64,000 bases of DNA from Candidatus Kapaibacterium sp. (GCA_963665665.1 OY762428.1:4800001-4864000); one strand, 5' to 3'. Numbered from the stretch's first letter, positions 18,770 to 29,452 are shown. The notes: generated by a model from the letters alone, not told the origin. Translations and numbers: made by a program.

Positions 18770-18810
18770 AAAAAAATCCTCCCTGCCAGAATAATTGAAA
18801 AGGGAGGATT
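18770..18810 (-). terminator. Intrinsic terminator of the Omp28-like gene
   Basis: AATCCTCCCT/AGGGAGGATT stem with a U-tract on the minus strand. Confidence 0.7.
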
Positions 18811-18828
18811 GACATGAATAAAAAAAGA

Positions 18829-21285
18829 TTATCTGTTAATTACCAGCATTTCAAAATATCTTTTGCTGCCAATTTCAACATTGATATAATAAACTCCTGA
18901 CGAAAGATTTCTAAGGTCGATTTCATTTTCACCGGGCTGCAGGTTGTTAATTTTCATAACCATGCTGCCTCCTGCATTGTAAACACCTGCCTCGGGACTT
19001 ATTCCGGAAAGTTTATTATCTATGTTGATAATCACTTTTTCCGCTGCCGGATTAGGAGATACAGTAAATATTCCGTTCAAACCTGCCTGGTCTGTTACGC
19101 CGGTGGTTATTGCCTCACCGATTATATCAAGTTTAATATCCGAATTCATACCGGCATCAGATTTCAAGGTCAGTTCGGCTTTGTATTCCTGTGGTGCTAT
19201 CGGTTCAAAAGTTACAATCACATTTTTATATTCCCCGGGAGATAAGGTCATCGGTAATTCGGGAGTATTATCGAAGGCGAAAGCATAAGAATCCATACCG
19301 CCGATACTGATTTCAGAAATTTCAAGATCTTCATCGCCGGGATTATGCATAACTAATGGAATTTTCCTGGTTTCATCAACTATAACATCCTCGAAATCAA
19401 TTATATCGCGCGACAGGTCGAGTTCCGGGCCTGTATTATTCAGCCATTGCATGATTTTATCAATAAGGCCTGCCCTGGCCTGATCATTAACAATTACATT
19501 CGGGCAAAGCGCCATGAGTACAGAACGTGTGTTCTCATGATAACAACGAACAGCGAAATACGCATCCTTGCCATCGATTTCAACAGTATCCTGTTCGGAC
19601 GGGATAATTTTGGTACCTCTGTCGGTCAGGTGAAGAAAAGGTTTTGCTTTTTCATTATCGGTAATTTTCAGAAGAGTAATAAGATATTTTATCAGATTAC
19701 CTTCTGTTTTCTGTCCGAAATCCTGGCTGATGGGGTCGCCATTCATTCCTGAAAGCCAAACCCTCCAGGGGGCGCTACCATATCCAAGCCTTGAAAAGCC
19801 GTTATATTCAACACCAAATGCGGTAAGTGCACCATAATTGTTCATGTAGGATGCAGAAAGGTTTCCACAGACAAAAACTTTGTGGCCGTCATTTATTGCC
19901 GCAAGAATTGTATTTACATCTGTTTCTGTCAGCCTGTCGGCAGAACCAGTATTCCATACCAGGTGATCCAGCACGGGAAATTTATCTTTAAATTGATGAT
20001 ATTTATCGGGAGAAAGCATAACAAAATCGTTATAGCCAGATTCAAACAAATCATCTTTAACAGAATAAATTGCTTCCCCGGGATTAACAATCTCGAAGTT
20101 TTTAATTTCCTGTGAATAGCAGGTAACCTCGCCGCGTCCTTTGAACAGATCGGGGTTTGCTAAAGATGATACTTCCAGTTCAACATCTCCTATACCGAGA
20201 TCTGAACCGGGGATTATCTGTAAGTCAAATGTTATTTCTTCACCGGGTGATAAAGTAATTTCCATTGTGGCATCATTTTCAGAATCGGCGGTAATTGTTT
20301 CATCACCATATACAACCTTACCCATCCAGTTTGCCGGGGTTCTGTCTGATAATTTCGCCATAATTGAAAAGGTACTTTCAACGCCATTCAGGTTTTTCAG
20401 ATTATATGTTTTACCAAAAGGAGTGCTCATTGGAACAACATCAACCGCTTTACCTGTTGAAGTTAGTTGAAGTTCCGGCTCGCCTTCCACACCCATGCAA
20501 CTATTCAGGATTTCTTTATCCGAAGTTTCATCAACCTGTACCAACCCAACAAAATGCAATTGATCCTTGTTCCATTCCGGATTCAAATCATAAACAAAAT
20601 CAAAAGTATATACTTCACCCTGCACGGCCGGATTGGGCATTGACCCGCTGCCCCATGCACCGCCACACATATCCCGCATAACTTTCATGTGCTGATAACC
20701 GACAATTTTTGACGGTTGGTCATAATATGGATTATCCTGGTAACCGTCACGGCCTGAAAGATAATTGGACTGATCCCAGCCCGTTCCGGTACCCGAAACA
20801 GAATCTTCAATAATATAGACATTGAATCTAAGTGTTTTATTTACAGTTTCCAGCATTGTGCAATAAACTGTTGCATATAGCTGGTTTGTTTCTTCATTTA
20901 TTGAATAGGCCATTTGCACTTCAGCCTGAGGTTTCTCATTCATTGCTGTTTCGCAAACCGCACGCCAGTTTGTCCGGCTTTGGCTGATTGAGCCATTGTA
21001 AAACTTCCTGTTTACTGTTCCTGAAGGAAATCCGGATACTCCCAAGGGGCCACGTATTACTGATTCAAGAGAAACGGCCATGCTGTCACCATTATGTATC
21101 TTAACACCGATAACCTGATCCGGGTAATCCTTGATAAGTTCGTCCATAACAACAGTTCCATCCACACACCAGCCACACCAGGCTCCGGTGAATTGCTCGA
21201 GAAGTACATTTTTCTTTTGTGCAGTTGTTTGCGTTAAAGTAAAAACAAATAGGAATGCAATTGATAAAAGTAGAAATTTTTTCAT
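18829..21285 (-). CDS. Omp28-related thioredoxin-like secreted protein with Ig-like (ASH/choice-of-anchor D) domain and T9SS C-terminal domain
   Basis: Signal peptide; VLLEQFTGAWCGWC; NPGDEDLEISEISI..LSPGE..VTFEP; C-terminal VSPNPA...LSSGVYYI. Confidence 0.85.
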   Translation of the reverse strand: MKKFLLLSIAFLFVFTLTQTTAQKKNVLLEQFTGAWCGWCVDGTVVMDELIKDYPDQVIGVKIHNGDSMAVSLESVIRGPLGVSGFPSGTVNRKFYNGSISQSRTNWRAVCETAMNEKPQAEVQMAYSINEETNQLYATVYCTMLETVNKTLRFNVYIIEDSVSGTGTGWDQSNYLSGRDGYQDNPYYDQPSKIVGYQHMKVMRDMCGGAWGSGSMPNPAVQGEVYTFDFVYDLNPEWNKDQLHFVGLVQVDETSDKEILNSCMGVEGEPELQLTSTGKAVDVVPMSTPFGKTYNLKNLNGVESTFSIMAKLSDRTPANWMGKVVYGDETITADSENDATMEITLSPGEEITFDLQIIPGSDLGIGDVELEVSSLANPDLFKGRGEVTCYSQEIKNFEIVNPGEAIYSVKDDLFESGYNDFVMLSPDKYHQFKDKFPVLDHLVWNTGSADRLTETDVNTILAAINDGHKVFVCGNLSASYMNNYGALTAFGVEYNGFSRLGYGSAPWRVWLSGMNGDPISQDFGQKTEGNLIKYLITLLKITDNEKAKPFLHLTDRGTKIIPSEQDTVEIDGKDAYFAVRCYHENTRSVLMALCPNVIVNDQARAGLIDKIMQWLNNTGPELDLSRDIIDFEDVIVDETRKIPLVMHNPGDEDLEISEISIGGMDSYAFAFDNTPELPMTLSPGEYKNVIVTFEPIAPQEYKAELTLKSDAGMNSDIKLDIIGEAITTGVTDQAGLNGIFTVSPNPAAEKVIINIDNKLSGISPEAGVYNAGGSMVMKINNLQPGENEIDLRNLSSGVYYINVEIGSKRYFEMLVINR

Positions 21286-21491
21286 TGAACCCTCGCCAAA
21301 TAAGTGATACAGAGTGTATTTGAATTAAAATACCTAAAAGAGTATTATTTGTCAAGTTCTTTTTGTAATTATTTATTTTTCGTGTTGTAACTATTTCAGG
21401 AATTAGTCGGTCAACCATATAAATTAGAAAAATACCTTTTTCGTTAGTAATTTTGTTTGTTTTGATTTTATCTTTGAGCGGATTAAATATT

Positions 21492-23015
21492 ATGGCAGGT
21501 TTAAAATTAAAAGTCTTCTTAGCGATCATATTCTGTACATCTGTTTCTATCTTACATTCAGCCGATACAATCAAAACCAGGCTTGGTGATGAAATAAACA
21601 GATATCAACCGGCACTTGCCCCGGTTGTTACACTTGATGACAATACAATGTACCTGGATTTATGGGAACATCCCAAGAACTCAGGCGGATATGTCGACAG
21701 GGATGAAATCTGGGTATCTCATAAGGATTTCTATGGTGTATGGTCTGAACCCCAAAGGCTTGGAAAGCCACTTAACTCTAAATATCCTGACGTGATTTTC
21801 TCGATTTCACCTGATCATCAGCAAGCCCTGGCCTTTGGCTCTTATTCTGTTGATACTTCAAAGATCCCGGCAGGATTTTACTTCCTGAAAAATATCAACG
21901 GCAAGTGGATATTTGACGAAAGACTGGAAATTGAAAATTATTATAATAACTCCGGATATTACTCGGCTAATCTTTCTGCCGACGGAAGATATCTTTTTAT
22001 GTCACTGGTTCGTGAAGACGGAATCGGAAAGCACGATTTATATATTTCGGAAAAACAAAGCAATGGCAAATGGTCTGAACCCGAAAATCTGGGCCCGGTA
22101 ATAAACTCAACCGGAGACGAGGGAGCGCCGTTCTTTGCCTATGATAATAAAACGCTCTATTTTTCTTCCAACGGACAGAAAGGCTATGGCAAAGCTGATA
22201 TTTTCATGTCTCGGAAAATTGGAAATTCCTGGCAGGAGTGGAGCCTGCCTGCTAATCTTGGGGAAGAGTTAAATACAACCGAGGATGATAAGAGCATTTA
22301 TCTGAATGCTCTTTCCGATGGCGGCTATATGGTTTCATGGGATTCAGTAAATTTGCGTTCGGGGCTTTACGAATGTATTATACCTTACCATCTAAGGCCG
22401 CATCCCTACAGCATAGTGGAGGGTAATATCCTAATCAAAGCTGATGGCAAATATCATAAATACGAACGATCTGCTGATGTTAAAATCACTGGTAATCAAT
22501 TTTCTGATTTAGTAAAAAGTGATGATAAAGGGCATTTCAGATTTGTTTATCCTGGTAAGTACAGGGATTTTTCAATTATTATTGAAGATAGCATTTATGG
22601 CCGGGCTGTTGTGCAGAATATGCCTGATACGATAATCAATTCGGCCCGGTGGTTATATATCGATTGCTATTTTAGTGAAAAATCTCCAATTCCCGGTTAC
22701 AGAAGAATTTATTCAATTTATTTTGATACTGATTCAAAAGAAATTACCGAATCAGATAGAAAATTACTTCATGAATTCTTTGAAACACGTCTATCAGATA
22801 TTAATGATTTTGTTATAAAAGGATTCGCTGACGAAAGGGGCAGTGAAGATTACAATTACAAACTATCCGAAAAAAGGGCTATGGAAGTATCCGTTCAGCT
22901 CGAACAAATTTGCTCTGATTGCAAAATTAGAATCGAAGCCAAAGGTGAATTACAGATAAAACAGAATTCACTTGCTGAAAACCGGCGGGTTGATATTTTT
23001 ATCCCAAACAAATAA
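21492..23015 (+). CDS. OmpA-family protein with PD40 (WD40-like) repeats, PorE-like architecture
   Basis: WSEPENLGPVINS, TLYFSSNG and G.G..DI motifs; C-terminal IYFDTDS...GFADERGSEDYNYKLSEKRA...NRRVDI. Confidence 0.85.
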   Translation: MAGLKLKVFLAIIFCTSVSILHSADTIKTRLGDEINRYQPALAPVVTLDDNTMYLDLWEHPKNSGGYVDRDEIWVSHKDFYGVWSEPQRLGKPLNSKYPDVIFSISPDHQQALAFGSYSVDTSKIPAGFYFLKNINGKWIFDERLEIENYYNNSGYYSANLSADGRYLFMSLVREDGIGKHDLYISEKQSNGKWSEPENLGPVINSTGDEGAPFFAYDNKTLYFSSNGQKGYGKADIFMSRKIGNSWQEWSLPANLGEELNTTEDDKSIYLNALSDGGYMVSWDSVNLRSGLYECIIPYHLRPHPYSIVEGNILIKADGKYHKYERSADVKITGNQFSDLVKSDDKGHFRFVYPGKYRDFSIIIEDSIYGRAVVQNMPDTIINSARWLYIDCYFSEKSPIPGYRRIYSIYFDTDSKEITESDRKLLHEFFETRLSDINDFVIKGFADERGSEDYNYKLSEKRAMEVSVQLEQICSDCKIRIEAKGELQIKQNSLAENRRVDIFIPNK

Positions 23016-23399
23016 TTACTGACCTCTGCCACCGCCTCTGTTTTCGTTTTGCCTGTTGTGCTGACGTTTTCTTTCGTGCTTGAATTTAGAATTGTTACCA
23101 TTTCCTTTACCATGGCCAAGGCCAAGGCCGCGGCATCTGTTGTCATTTATACCGTCGCCGTCTTTATCCACAAAGCAGTCCCTGCGACGATTGCATCTTT
23201 GTCTCTGGTTGCAATCAGCAGTATCACCGGAACAAACTGTATCTTTTTCAGCAGCTTCGGAATAATCCTGAAACTCTTCCTGCTCTGCGGCAGCAGATGT
23301 GTTTTTTGATGTATCATCAGCTCGGAGATTATTATTGTTTCCCAGAAGAAGGAACAATATAATTGTAATAATCGATAAGTATTTCATGGTAGGCCTCAT
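23016..23399 (-). CDS. Small secreted Cys/Gly/Arg-rich protein with DxDxDG motif
   Basis: Signal peptide; CFVDKDGDGINDNRCRGLGLGHGKG. Its ATG overlaps the stop of the upstream regulator (TAATG). Confidence 0.75.
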   Translation of the reverse strand: MRPTMKYLSIITIILFLLLGNNNNLRADDTSKNTSAAAEQEEFQDYSEAAEKDTVCSGDTADCNQRQRCNRRRDCFVDKDGDGINDNRCRGLGLGHGKGNGNNSKFKHERKRQHNRQNENRGGGRGQ

Positions 23400-24763
23400 T
23401 ATTTTAACCCGTATTTTGTTAGCTTATATCTTAATGTTCTTTCGGAAATATTCAAAATATCTGCGGCTTTTACCTGGTTTCCGCCTGATTCATCCAATGC
23501 CTTTCTAATCAGGTTCATTTCCAGCTCTTCCACTTTTTGATTAAGGTCGCCTGTTTGAATATCATTAAGCGAACAATTTTCTTCTGCTTCAACCCCGGAC
23601 AACATAGGCAGATCTTTAGTGGTTACAATCTCACTTCTGCTCATAACCACTGCACGCTGAACAATGTTTTCCAGTTCGCGAACATTTCCCGGAAATTCAT
23701 AGCGCATGAGTTTTTCAAGAGCTTCTTTGGAAAGAGATGATATTCTTTTTCCATCTATATCTGAATATTTGCCAATAAAATGTTCTGCCAGCAACGGAAT
23801 ATCAGATTTTCTTTTTCTTAAAGGAGGGATATTAACCTGAACCACATTGAAACGATAATAAAGATCTTCACGAAATTCATTTTCTTTTATCATTTCTTCA
23901 AGATTTCTGTTTGTGGCAGTGATAATCCTCACATCCAGGTCGATAGTACGATTGCCTCCCAGCCTTTCAATCTGTCCGAATTGAACTGCCCTGAGAAGTT
24001 TAACCTGAATTTGCAGAGGAATATCGCCAACTTCATCAATAAATAAAGTACCGCCGTCAGCAAGTTCAAATTTTCCGATCCTTTGAGTATTAGCACCTGT
24101 ATATGCTCCTTTTTCATGGCCGAAAAGTTCACTTTCGAATAATGTATCAGGCATGGCTGCACAATTTACAACAATGAAAGGCTTGTCCTGCCTGTCGCTG
24201 GCAAGGTGAATGGCACGAGCAATTAATTCCTTTCCGGTACCACTTTCACCACGTATCATAACAGAAGCCTTGGATGGGGCTACTCTGCCGGCTATGTTGA
24301 GCACTTCCTCCATTTCGCCGCTTTGGGAAATAATATTTGCAAAAGAATATTTTTCGCTGATCTGTTTTTTCAGGCGAATATTTTCAGATATCAGATTCTG
24401 CCTTTCGCGGGCACGATCTATTATCATCATCAGTTCTTCAAGCTCGATAGGTTTTTGCAGGTAGTCGAAAGCTCCTTTTTTCATTAAGCTGACCGCACCC
24501 TCGATACTTCCGAAAGCAGTCATTATAATTACAGGAACAGCAGGATCGATTTCGAGCGCTCCTGTTAGAACATCCTCACCCGTTTTTCCGGCCATTTTGA
24601 AATCAGTAAAAATAATATCTGCCGGAGATTTCTTAAATAACTCCAGGCCTTCGTCAGCAGAAGCAGCAGTTTTCACATCAAATTTCTTCTTCCTGAGAAA
24701 TCCTGCAAGTGATTCCCGCTGATTTTCTTCATCATCAATCAATATCACCCGATATTTTTCCAT
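23399..24763 (-). CDS. Sigma54-dependent NtrC-family response regulator (ZraR/AtoC-like)
   Basis: REC domain (IDDE, TDFKM), [39 protein letters not shown] and a Fis HTH. Start set at MEKYRV. Confidence 0.93.
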   Translation of the reverse strand: MEKYRVILIDDEENQRESLAGFLRKKKFDVKTAASADEGLELFKKSPADIIFTDFKMAGKTGEDVLTGALEIDPAVPVIIMTAFGSIEGAVSLMKKGAFDYLQKPIELEELMMIIDRARERQNLISENIRLKKQISEKYSFANIISQSGEMEEVLNIAGRVAPSKASVMIRGESGTGKELIARAIHLASDRQDKPFIVVNCAAMPDTLFESELFGHEKGAYTGANTQRIGKFELADGGTLFIDEVGDIPLQIQVKLLRAVQFGQIERLGGNRTIDLDVRIITATNRNLEEMIKENEFREDLYYRFNVVQVNIPPLRKRKSDIPLLAEHFIGKYSDIDGKRISSLSKEALEKLMRYEFPGNVRELENIVQRAVVMSRSEIVTTKDLPMLSGVEAEENCSLNDIQTGDLNQKVEELEMNLIRKALDESGGNQVKAADILNISERTLRYKLTKYGLK

Positions 24764-24882
24764 CTTTAAGCACCCTGTTAACAAATGTTGCGTCAAAAAT
24801 AGTGAACGAAGTGTAAATCTCAAAATTGGGATGGGATTATCAGAGATTATGCACTTCGCCCACATATTTTCATCTATAGCTA

Positions 24883-25203
24883 TCAGCCATTTTTAGGCCC
24901 ACAGCATTTATGCTGTTTGGAACCGCATTTTTTCTCTGCATTTTTGTGGCCTTTCCCGTCACAATTTTTCTTGTCACCGTGTTTATGGCCTTTACCTGTT
25001 CCGTCGCAGTTTCCTTTACACTCACCTTTTTTACTTCCGCATTCATCACAAACGCCATCTCCGTTTGAATCAACAAAATTCTTACCAACCTGAGTAGTTT
25101 TGGCTTTGTTTGTTTCTTTTTCCTTGCTTACGTTTTCCTGGCTTGTAGCAGTCATAGAAAACATGAAAATCAAAAGTGCTGCAATGCTAAATATCCTTTT
25201 CAT
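24883..25203 (-). CDS. Small secreted Cys/His/Lys-rich protein with DxNxDG motif
   Basis: Signal peptide; NFVDSNGDGVCDECG...GHKHG...HKCCG (8 Cys); GGAG RBS. Confidence 0.8.
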   Translation of the reverse strand: MKRIFSIAALLIFMFSMTATSQENVSKEKETNKAKTTQVGKNFVDSNGDGVCDECGSKKGECKGNCDGTGKGHKHGDKKNCDGKGHKNAEKKCGSKQHKCCGPKNG

Positions 25204-25247
25204 CAGGATTCTCCAAGTTTTTAAAAATTACCAACTAACCCAAGTAT

Positions 25248-25263
25248 TACAACGCTCGTGCCA
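25248..25263 (-). promoter_or_regulatory. Sigma54 -24/-12 promoter
   Basis: Minus strand reads TGGCAC-GAGCG-TTGTA (consensus TGGCAC-N5-TTGCA), 45 bp upstream of the 25203 ATG. Confidence 0.8.
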
Positions 25264-25394
25264 AAAAAATAAGTCGAAAAAATAATTTATGGCTACCCCG
25301 CATAATATGTATATATATCAGTTGATTATATAACATAAAGTAAAATTAGGACATCCAAATTAATTAAAATAAATAAATAAAATATCAATAAGTA

Positions 25395-25442
25395 TCGACA
25401 AGTTTGTCGAAATACTACTCAATTAGTCGACGAAATTGTCAG
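25395..25442. promoter_or_regulatory. Tandem enhancer (UAS) palindromes for the sigma54 activator
   Basis: TCGACAAGTTTGTCGA (25395-25410) and TCGACGAAATTGTCAG (25427-25442), 32 bp apart and about 130-180 bp upstream of the -24 box. An IHF-like TATCAGTTGATT lies near 25316-25327. Confidence 0.6.
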
Positions 25443-27330
25443 TACAATTCAAAGTTATTAGAAATTCTGTTCCACCATTCCCGGTTTCAAAAGAAATCTC
25501 TCCGCTATGTTCGCTGACAATCTGATGAACGATACTTAAGCCAAGACCGTTCCCGTGTGGCTTAGAAGTAAAATAAAGGTTAAATATCTTCGAGCGGATT
25601 TCTTTTGCAATCCCGTTACCTGTATCTTTTATTTTTATTTGCAATGTTTTATCGATTTTTTCCGCTTCATAACTTAGCTTGCCTCCGTTGTCCATTGCAT
25701 CAATTGCGTTTTGCATTAAATTCAGGATAGCCTGTTTCATTTTATGGGGGTCTATCAACAAAACAATCGGATTTAAATCAGGATGATAAATCATAATATT
25801 CTTTGTTTTAGCGGCTGATTCCACAAGCGATGCCGTTTCTCTCAGTATTTGGCTAATATCGGATTTAATCAGCTTCAAAGGTGCAGGACGTGCAAACTCA
25901 AGAAACTGCTTAATAATTTCATTAACGCGGCTAACTTCATTCCTGACTGTTGTAGCCAGTTTTTTAAACTCACTTTTATCTTCTTCAGGTTCAAACTCCA
26001 ACTGGAATCTTTGTGCAATCACATGAATGGCATTCAGAGGGTTTCTGATTTCATGAGCAACTCCGGCTGCCAGTTCTCCGAGGGCAGTTAGTTTATCTTT
26101 TCTGTGTATCTGTTCATCAAGTTTTTTTCTAATAGTCAGATCTCTGATAATTGCAATTGATGTATCAGCATCATCATTTTCATCTTTTAATAGAGATATA
26201 CTGCAGCCCAATATTTTTAAATCATTTCCTGAATAATATTCCAATTCGAAATAATTCAGGTTTTCGTCATTTTCGAAACTTATGTTCAGCCGCAGTTCAT
26301 CTTTTGGAAAAATATCCTTATAGTTATCAAAAATATTTATTGTTGCTTCTGGTTTTAGAATTCTTCTTGCCGCTTTGTTGAAAACAATTATCTTTTCGTC
26401 TTTGGAAACTGCTACAACCCCGTCTGTCATTTCGTTCAGGATACTTGATGTATATTTTCTGTGTTTTTCATGTTCCTTTTTCAAAACAATGAATTTTTCA
26501 CGGGTCATTACAACGTAAAAGACAACTACACCGAGAATGAATATGCCAATTCCAATTATAATAACTCTTCTCATTGACCTCTGCTGAATATCCTGAATTT
26601 TATTTAGTGAAAGTGCAATGCGTGTCAGAACAAGGTTGCCAGGTTCAATTATAATGGGTTTAACTACTTCGAGTATCATCGAGGAATTATATTCAATTAT
26701 CCTGTTTTTTGAATTATTGGATTCCCATGAATCAAGAAGAAAAGTATCTCTTTGAATAGGTAATAGTTCTGTGACTCCTCCGGCAGCGGAAATAATGCCA
26801 ATAGTATCCTGCAAAGCAGCGTAAACAATATCTTTATTTTTGGCAATATCCTGAATTTGTCTGCCTATCCCGATTCTTCGCCGAAATTTCATGATGGTCT
26901 GAAAATCAATACCGGTAAGGATAATTTTATCCTTATTAGCAGACAGAACTGCCAACAAATACATCTCTTTTCCATTCAAAGGATTCTCTGTTATTCCAAA
27001 ATCGTAGTAGCCATCATCATTCAGGTATTCAAAAATACTTGAAATGGCGGGGTATTTACCACTATCCGGAGAAGTTGAATCAATCGATACTACAAAGTCA
27101 CCATCTTTATCAAAAATTGATATATGGCTGATATTTCCGGTTTCAGATGTTCGCTTCAGGTCCTTCACGTTCAAATTATTAATATCACATCTTTTTCCGA
27201 TTGAATTACCGACAATCAAAAGTTTATCAATTAACAGGCTTTCAATTTCATTATTTGTAATAATTGAATTTTCAATGCTGTTGGACAAGGAATTGATCAG
27301 GGTATTTGATTCATTTTCCATCAATATCAA
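25423..27330 (-). CDS. Membrane sensor histidine kinase with PAS domain (ZraS/AtoS-like)
   Basis: LAAGVAHEIRNPLN, QAILNLMQNAIDAM, DTGNGI, FTSK..GNGLGLSIV. The frame stays open upstream through a first TM helix that has no canonical start codon. Confidence 0.92.
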   Translation of the reverse strand: MILMENESNTLINSLSNSIENSIITNNEIESLLIDKLLIVGNSIGKRCDINNLNVKDLKRTSETGNISHISIFDKDGDFVVSIDSTSPDSGKYPAISSIFEYLNDDGYYDFGITENPLNGKEMYLLAVLSANKDKIILTGIDFQTIMKFRRRIGIGRQIQDIAKNKDIVYAALQDTIGIISAAGGVTELLPIQRDTFLLDSWESNNSKNRIIEYNSSMILEVVKPIIIEPGNLVLTRIALSLNKIQDIQQRSMRRVIIIGIGIFILGVVVFYVVMTREKFIVLKKEHEKHRKYTSSILNEMTDGVVAVSKDEKIIVFNKAARRILKPEATINIFDNYKDIFPKDELRLNISFENDENLNYFELEYYSGNDLKILGCSISLLKDENDDADTSIAIIRDLTIRKKLDEQIHRKDKLTALGELAAGVAHEIRNPLNAIHVIAQRFQLEFEPEEDKSEFKKLATTVRNEVSRVNEIIKQFLEFARPAPLKLIKSDISQILRETASLVESAAKTKNIMIYHPDLNPIVLLIDPHKMKQAILNLMQNAIDAMDNGGKLSYEAEKIDKTLQIKIKDTGNGIAKEIRSKIFNLYFTSKPHGNGLGLSIVHQIVSEHSGEISFETGNGGTEFLITLNCTDNFVD

Positions 27331-27585
27331 CAGTTCTTTTCTGCTCTGGCTTATTTCAAGAGAAACAAAACCAATTACGACGGCTGCGAATATTACCAGT
27401 CCGAAAATAAAAAGTCGAATATTAATTTTATTTTTGATACCATTCCTTTCAATATTATAGCCTGATAAAAATAAGATAATTGCTTTAACAAAAAAAGAAG
27501 TGATTAAAAAAAATCAAAAAACATTCAGGGACAATAATTCCAGAATTAACTATGAAATCGATAATCAGCAAAATTCGTTTTTACG

Positions 27586-27616
27586 AAAAAAATAAGCCGC
27601 CCTGAAAAAGGCGGCT
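27586..27616 (-). terminator. Intrinsic terminator of the ALDH gene
   Basis: AGCCGCC/GGCGGCT stem with a U-rich tail on the minus strand. Confidence 0.75.
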
Positions 27617-27639
27617 CAATTTATTATAACTAATTATGA

Positions 27640-29127
27640 TTAGTCGTCATAATTATCAATCTGTGCTCTTTGAAGCTGATCGGAAAAATCTACATATACA
27701 GTTTTCCATTCGGTAAAGATATCAAATACTGTCCAGCCGCCTTCGCGGTGTCCGTTGCCTGTACCTTTAACACCGCCAAACGGCATGTGTGCTTCGGCGC
27801 CGATCGTAGGAGCATTAATATAAGTGATTCCTGCTTCGATGTCACGCATAGCGCGGAAAGCATCATTTACATTGCGTGTGTAAATCGATGATGAAAGTCC
27901 GTATTCGCAATGATTCTGTAATTCAACAGCATCATCAAATGATTCTGCTTTTGTAACTGAAAGAACAGGGCCGAAAATTTCTTCATTGAATATTGTGTGG
28001 TCTTTTGTAACGTCGGCAATAATTGTTGGTTCGTAGAAAGCGCCTTTATCCAGGTCGCCACCGGTAGCTCTCTTGCCTCCGCATACCAAACGTCCGCCTT
28101 CTTCAAGTGCAATTTTAACGTATTTTTCACAATTCTGACGAGACCATTCGTGAATAACCGGGCCAACTTCAGTACCTTTTTTAAGGCCGTCACCAAGAAC
28201 GAGTTTTTCTGCACGGTCTTTCATAAGCTGAATAACTTCTTCGTAGCAGTCTTTGTGAACAATAAGCCTTGATGTAGCTGTACAGCGCTGGCCTGTTGTT
28301 CCGAAAGCTCCCCAGAGGGCTCCTTCAACAGCCAGTTCGAAGTTTGCGTCAGGCATTACTATCTGAGCATTTTTACCACCCATTTCAAGTGAGCATTTTT
28401 TATTTGTGCGGCCGCAAATTTCTCCGATTTTGAACCCGATTTCTGTCGATCCTGTGAACCCTATAAGATCAACATCGGGATGTTCAACCATCATGTTGCC
28501 CATGCTGCCCTGGCCAAGAAGAACATTGAATACGCCGGCAGGAATTCCTGCTTCTTCCATTATCTCTGCAAAAATAACACCTGAATGTGGTGATTCTTTT
28601 GAAGGTTTGTAAACAACAGTATTTCCAGCTGCGATGGCAGGAAGAATTTTCCAAGACGGCACTGCTACAGGGAAATTCCATGCAGTAATGATACCGCAAA
28701 CACCTATTGGAGTGCGGAATGTCATGTTTGTTTTATTGTCCATTTCACTCGGTGCGGTAAACCCGAATAACCTTCGTGTTTCTGATGCAGAATAATATGC
28801 CGTATCAATTGCTTCCTGAACGTCACCTTCAGTTTCAAATGTCGGTTTACCCATTTCGCGGGTCATTATCATTCCAAGTTCTTTTTTCCTGCGAACAAAA
28901 ATATCGCCGGCTTTTTTTATCATATCGCCGCGTTTGGGTGCGGGGATTTTTTTCCATGTTTTAAATGCTTCTTTTGCAGCAGCAACAGCAGCGTCAACAT
29001 CTGCCTGGCCTGATTTCGGGAATTCGCCGATAACATCTTCAAAATTTGCCGGGCTGATGTTCTTAAAGTATTCACCGGACTGTGGCTCTACCCACTGTCC
29101 ATTGATATAATTTTTGAATCTTTCCAT
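27640..29127 (-). CDS. Aldehyde dehydrogenase family protein
   Basis: ITAWNFP, FTGS, LEMGGKN, GQRCTA, EEIFGPV and PFGG motifs. Confidence 0.95.
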   Translation of the reverse strand: MERFKNYINGQWVEPQSGEYFKNISPANFEDVIGEFPKSGQADVDAAVAAAKEAFKTWKKIPAPKRGDMIKKAGDIFVRRKKELGMIMTREMGKPTFETEGDVQEAIDTAYYSASETRRLFGFTAPSEMDNKTNMTFRTPIGVCGIITAWNFPVAVPSWKILPAIAAGNTVVYKPSKESPHSGVIFAEIMEEAGIPAGVFNVLLGQGSMGNMMVEHPDVDLIGFTGSTEIGFKIGEICGRTNKKCSLEMGGKNAQIVMPDANFELAVEGALWGAFGTTGQRCTATSRLIVHKDCYEEVIQLMKDRAEKLVLGDGLKKGTEVGPVIHEWSRQNCEKYVKIALEEGGRLVCGGKRATGGDLDKGAFYEPTIIADVTKDHTIFNEEIFGPVLSVTKAESFDDAVELQNHCEYGLSSSIYTRNVNDAFRAMRDIEAGITYINAPTIGAEAHMPFGGVKGTGNGHREGGWTVFDIFTEWKTVYVDFSDQLQRAQIDNYDD

Positions 29128-29452
29128 TTCAATCTCCATTATAAAATTATCAAGAATGCCAACATTGCTTCCATAACAATTTGCAAAATAATGCTTAAAA
29201 GCGATTTATGAAAGTGAAAAAAAACAATTTATAATAAATAGTTATCCTTGTAGTTATAAAAATGACATATAAGTAGTAAAAATACAATATTCAGAAATTC
29301 GGGAGAAAAATCAGGATAAATTTTAAAATTTTCAACTTATTAGCAATTAAAAATTGATGATTAGTCATTTTTTTATTATTATTAAAATAATTAAATCTTG
29401 TTATCATAATTTTCTGATTGAAATTTCAAATTTATATTCAAACGGAGCTAAA

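Noticed and set aside
29350-29372. Fur-like box (ATTGATGATTAGTCATTTT) upstream of the beta-barrel pair
   Set aside because: The match is too weak to distinguish from the very AT-rich background
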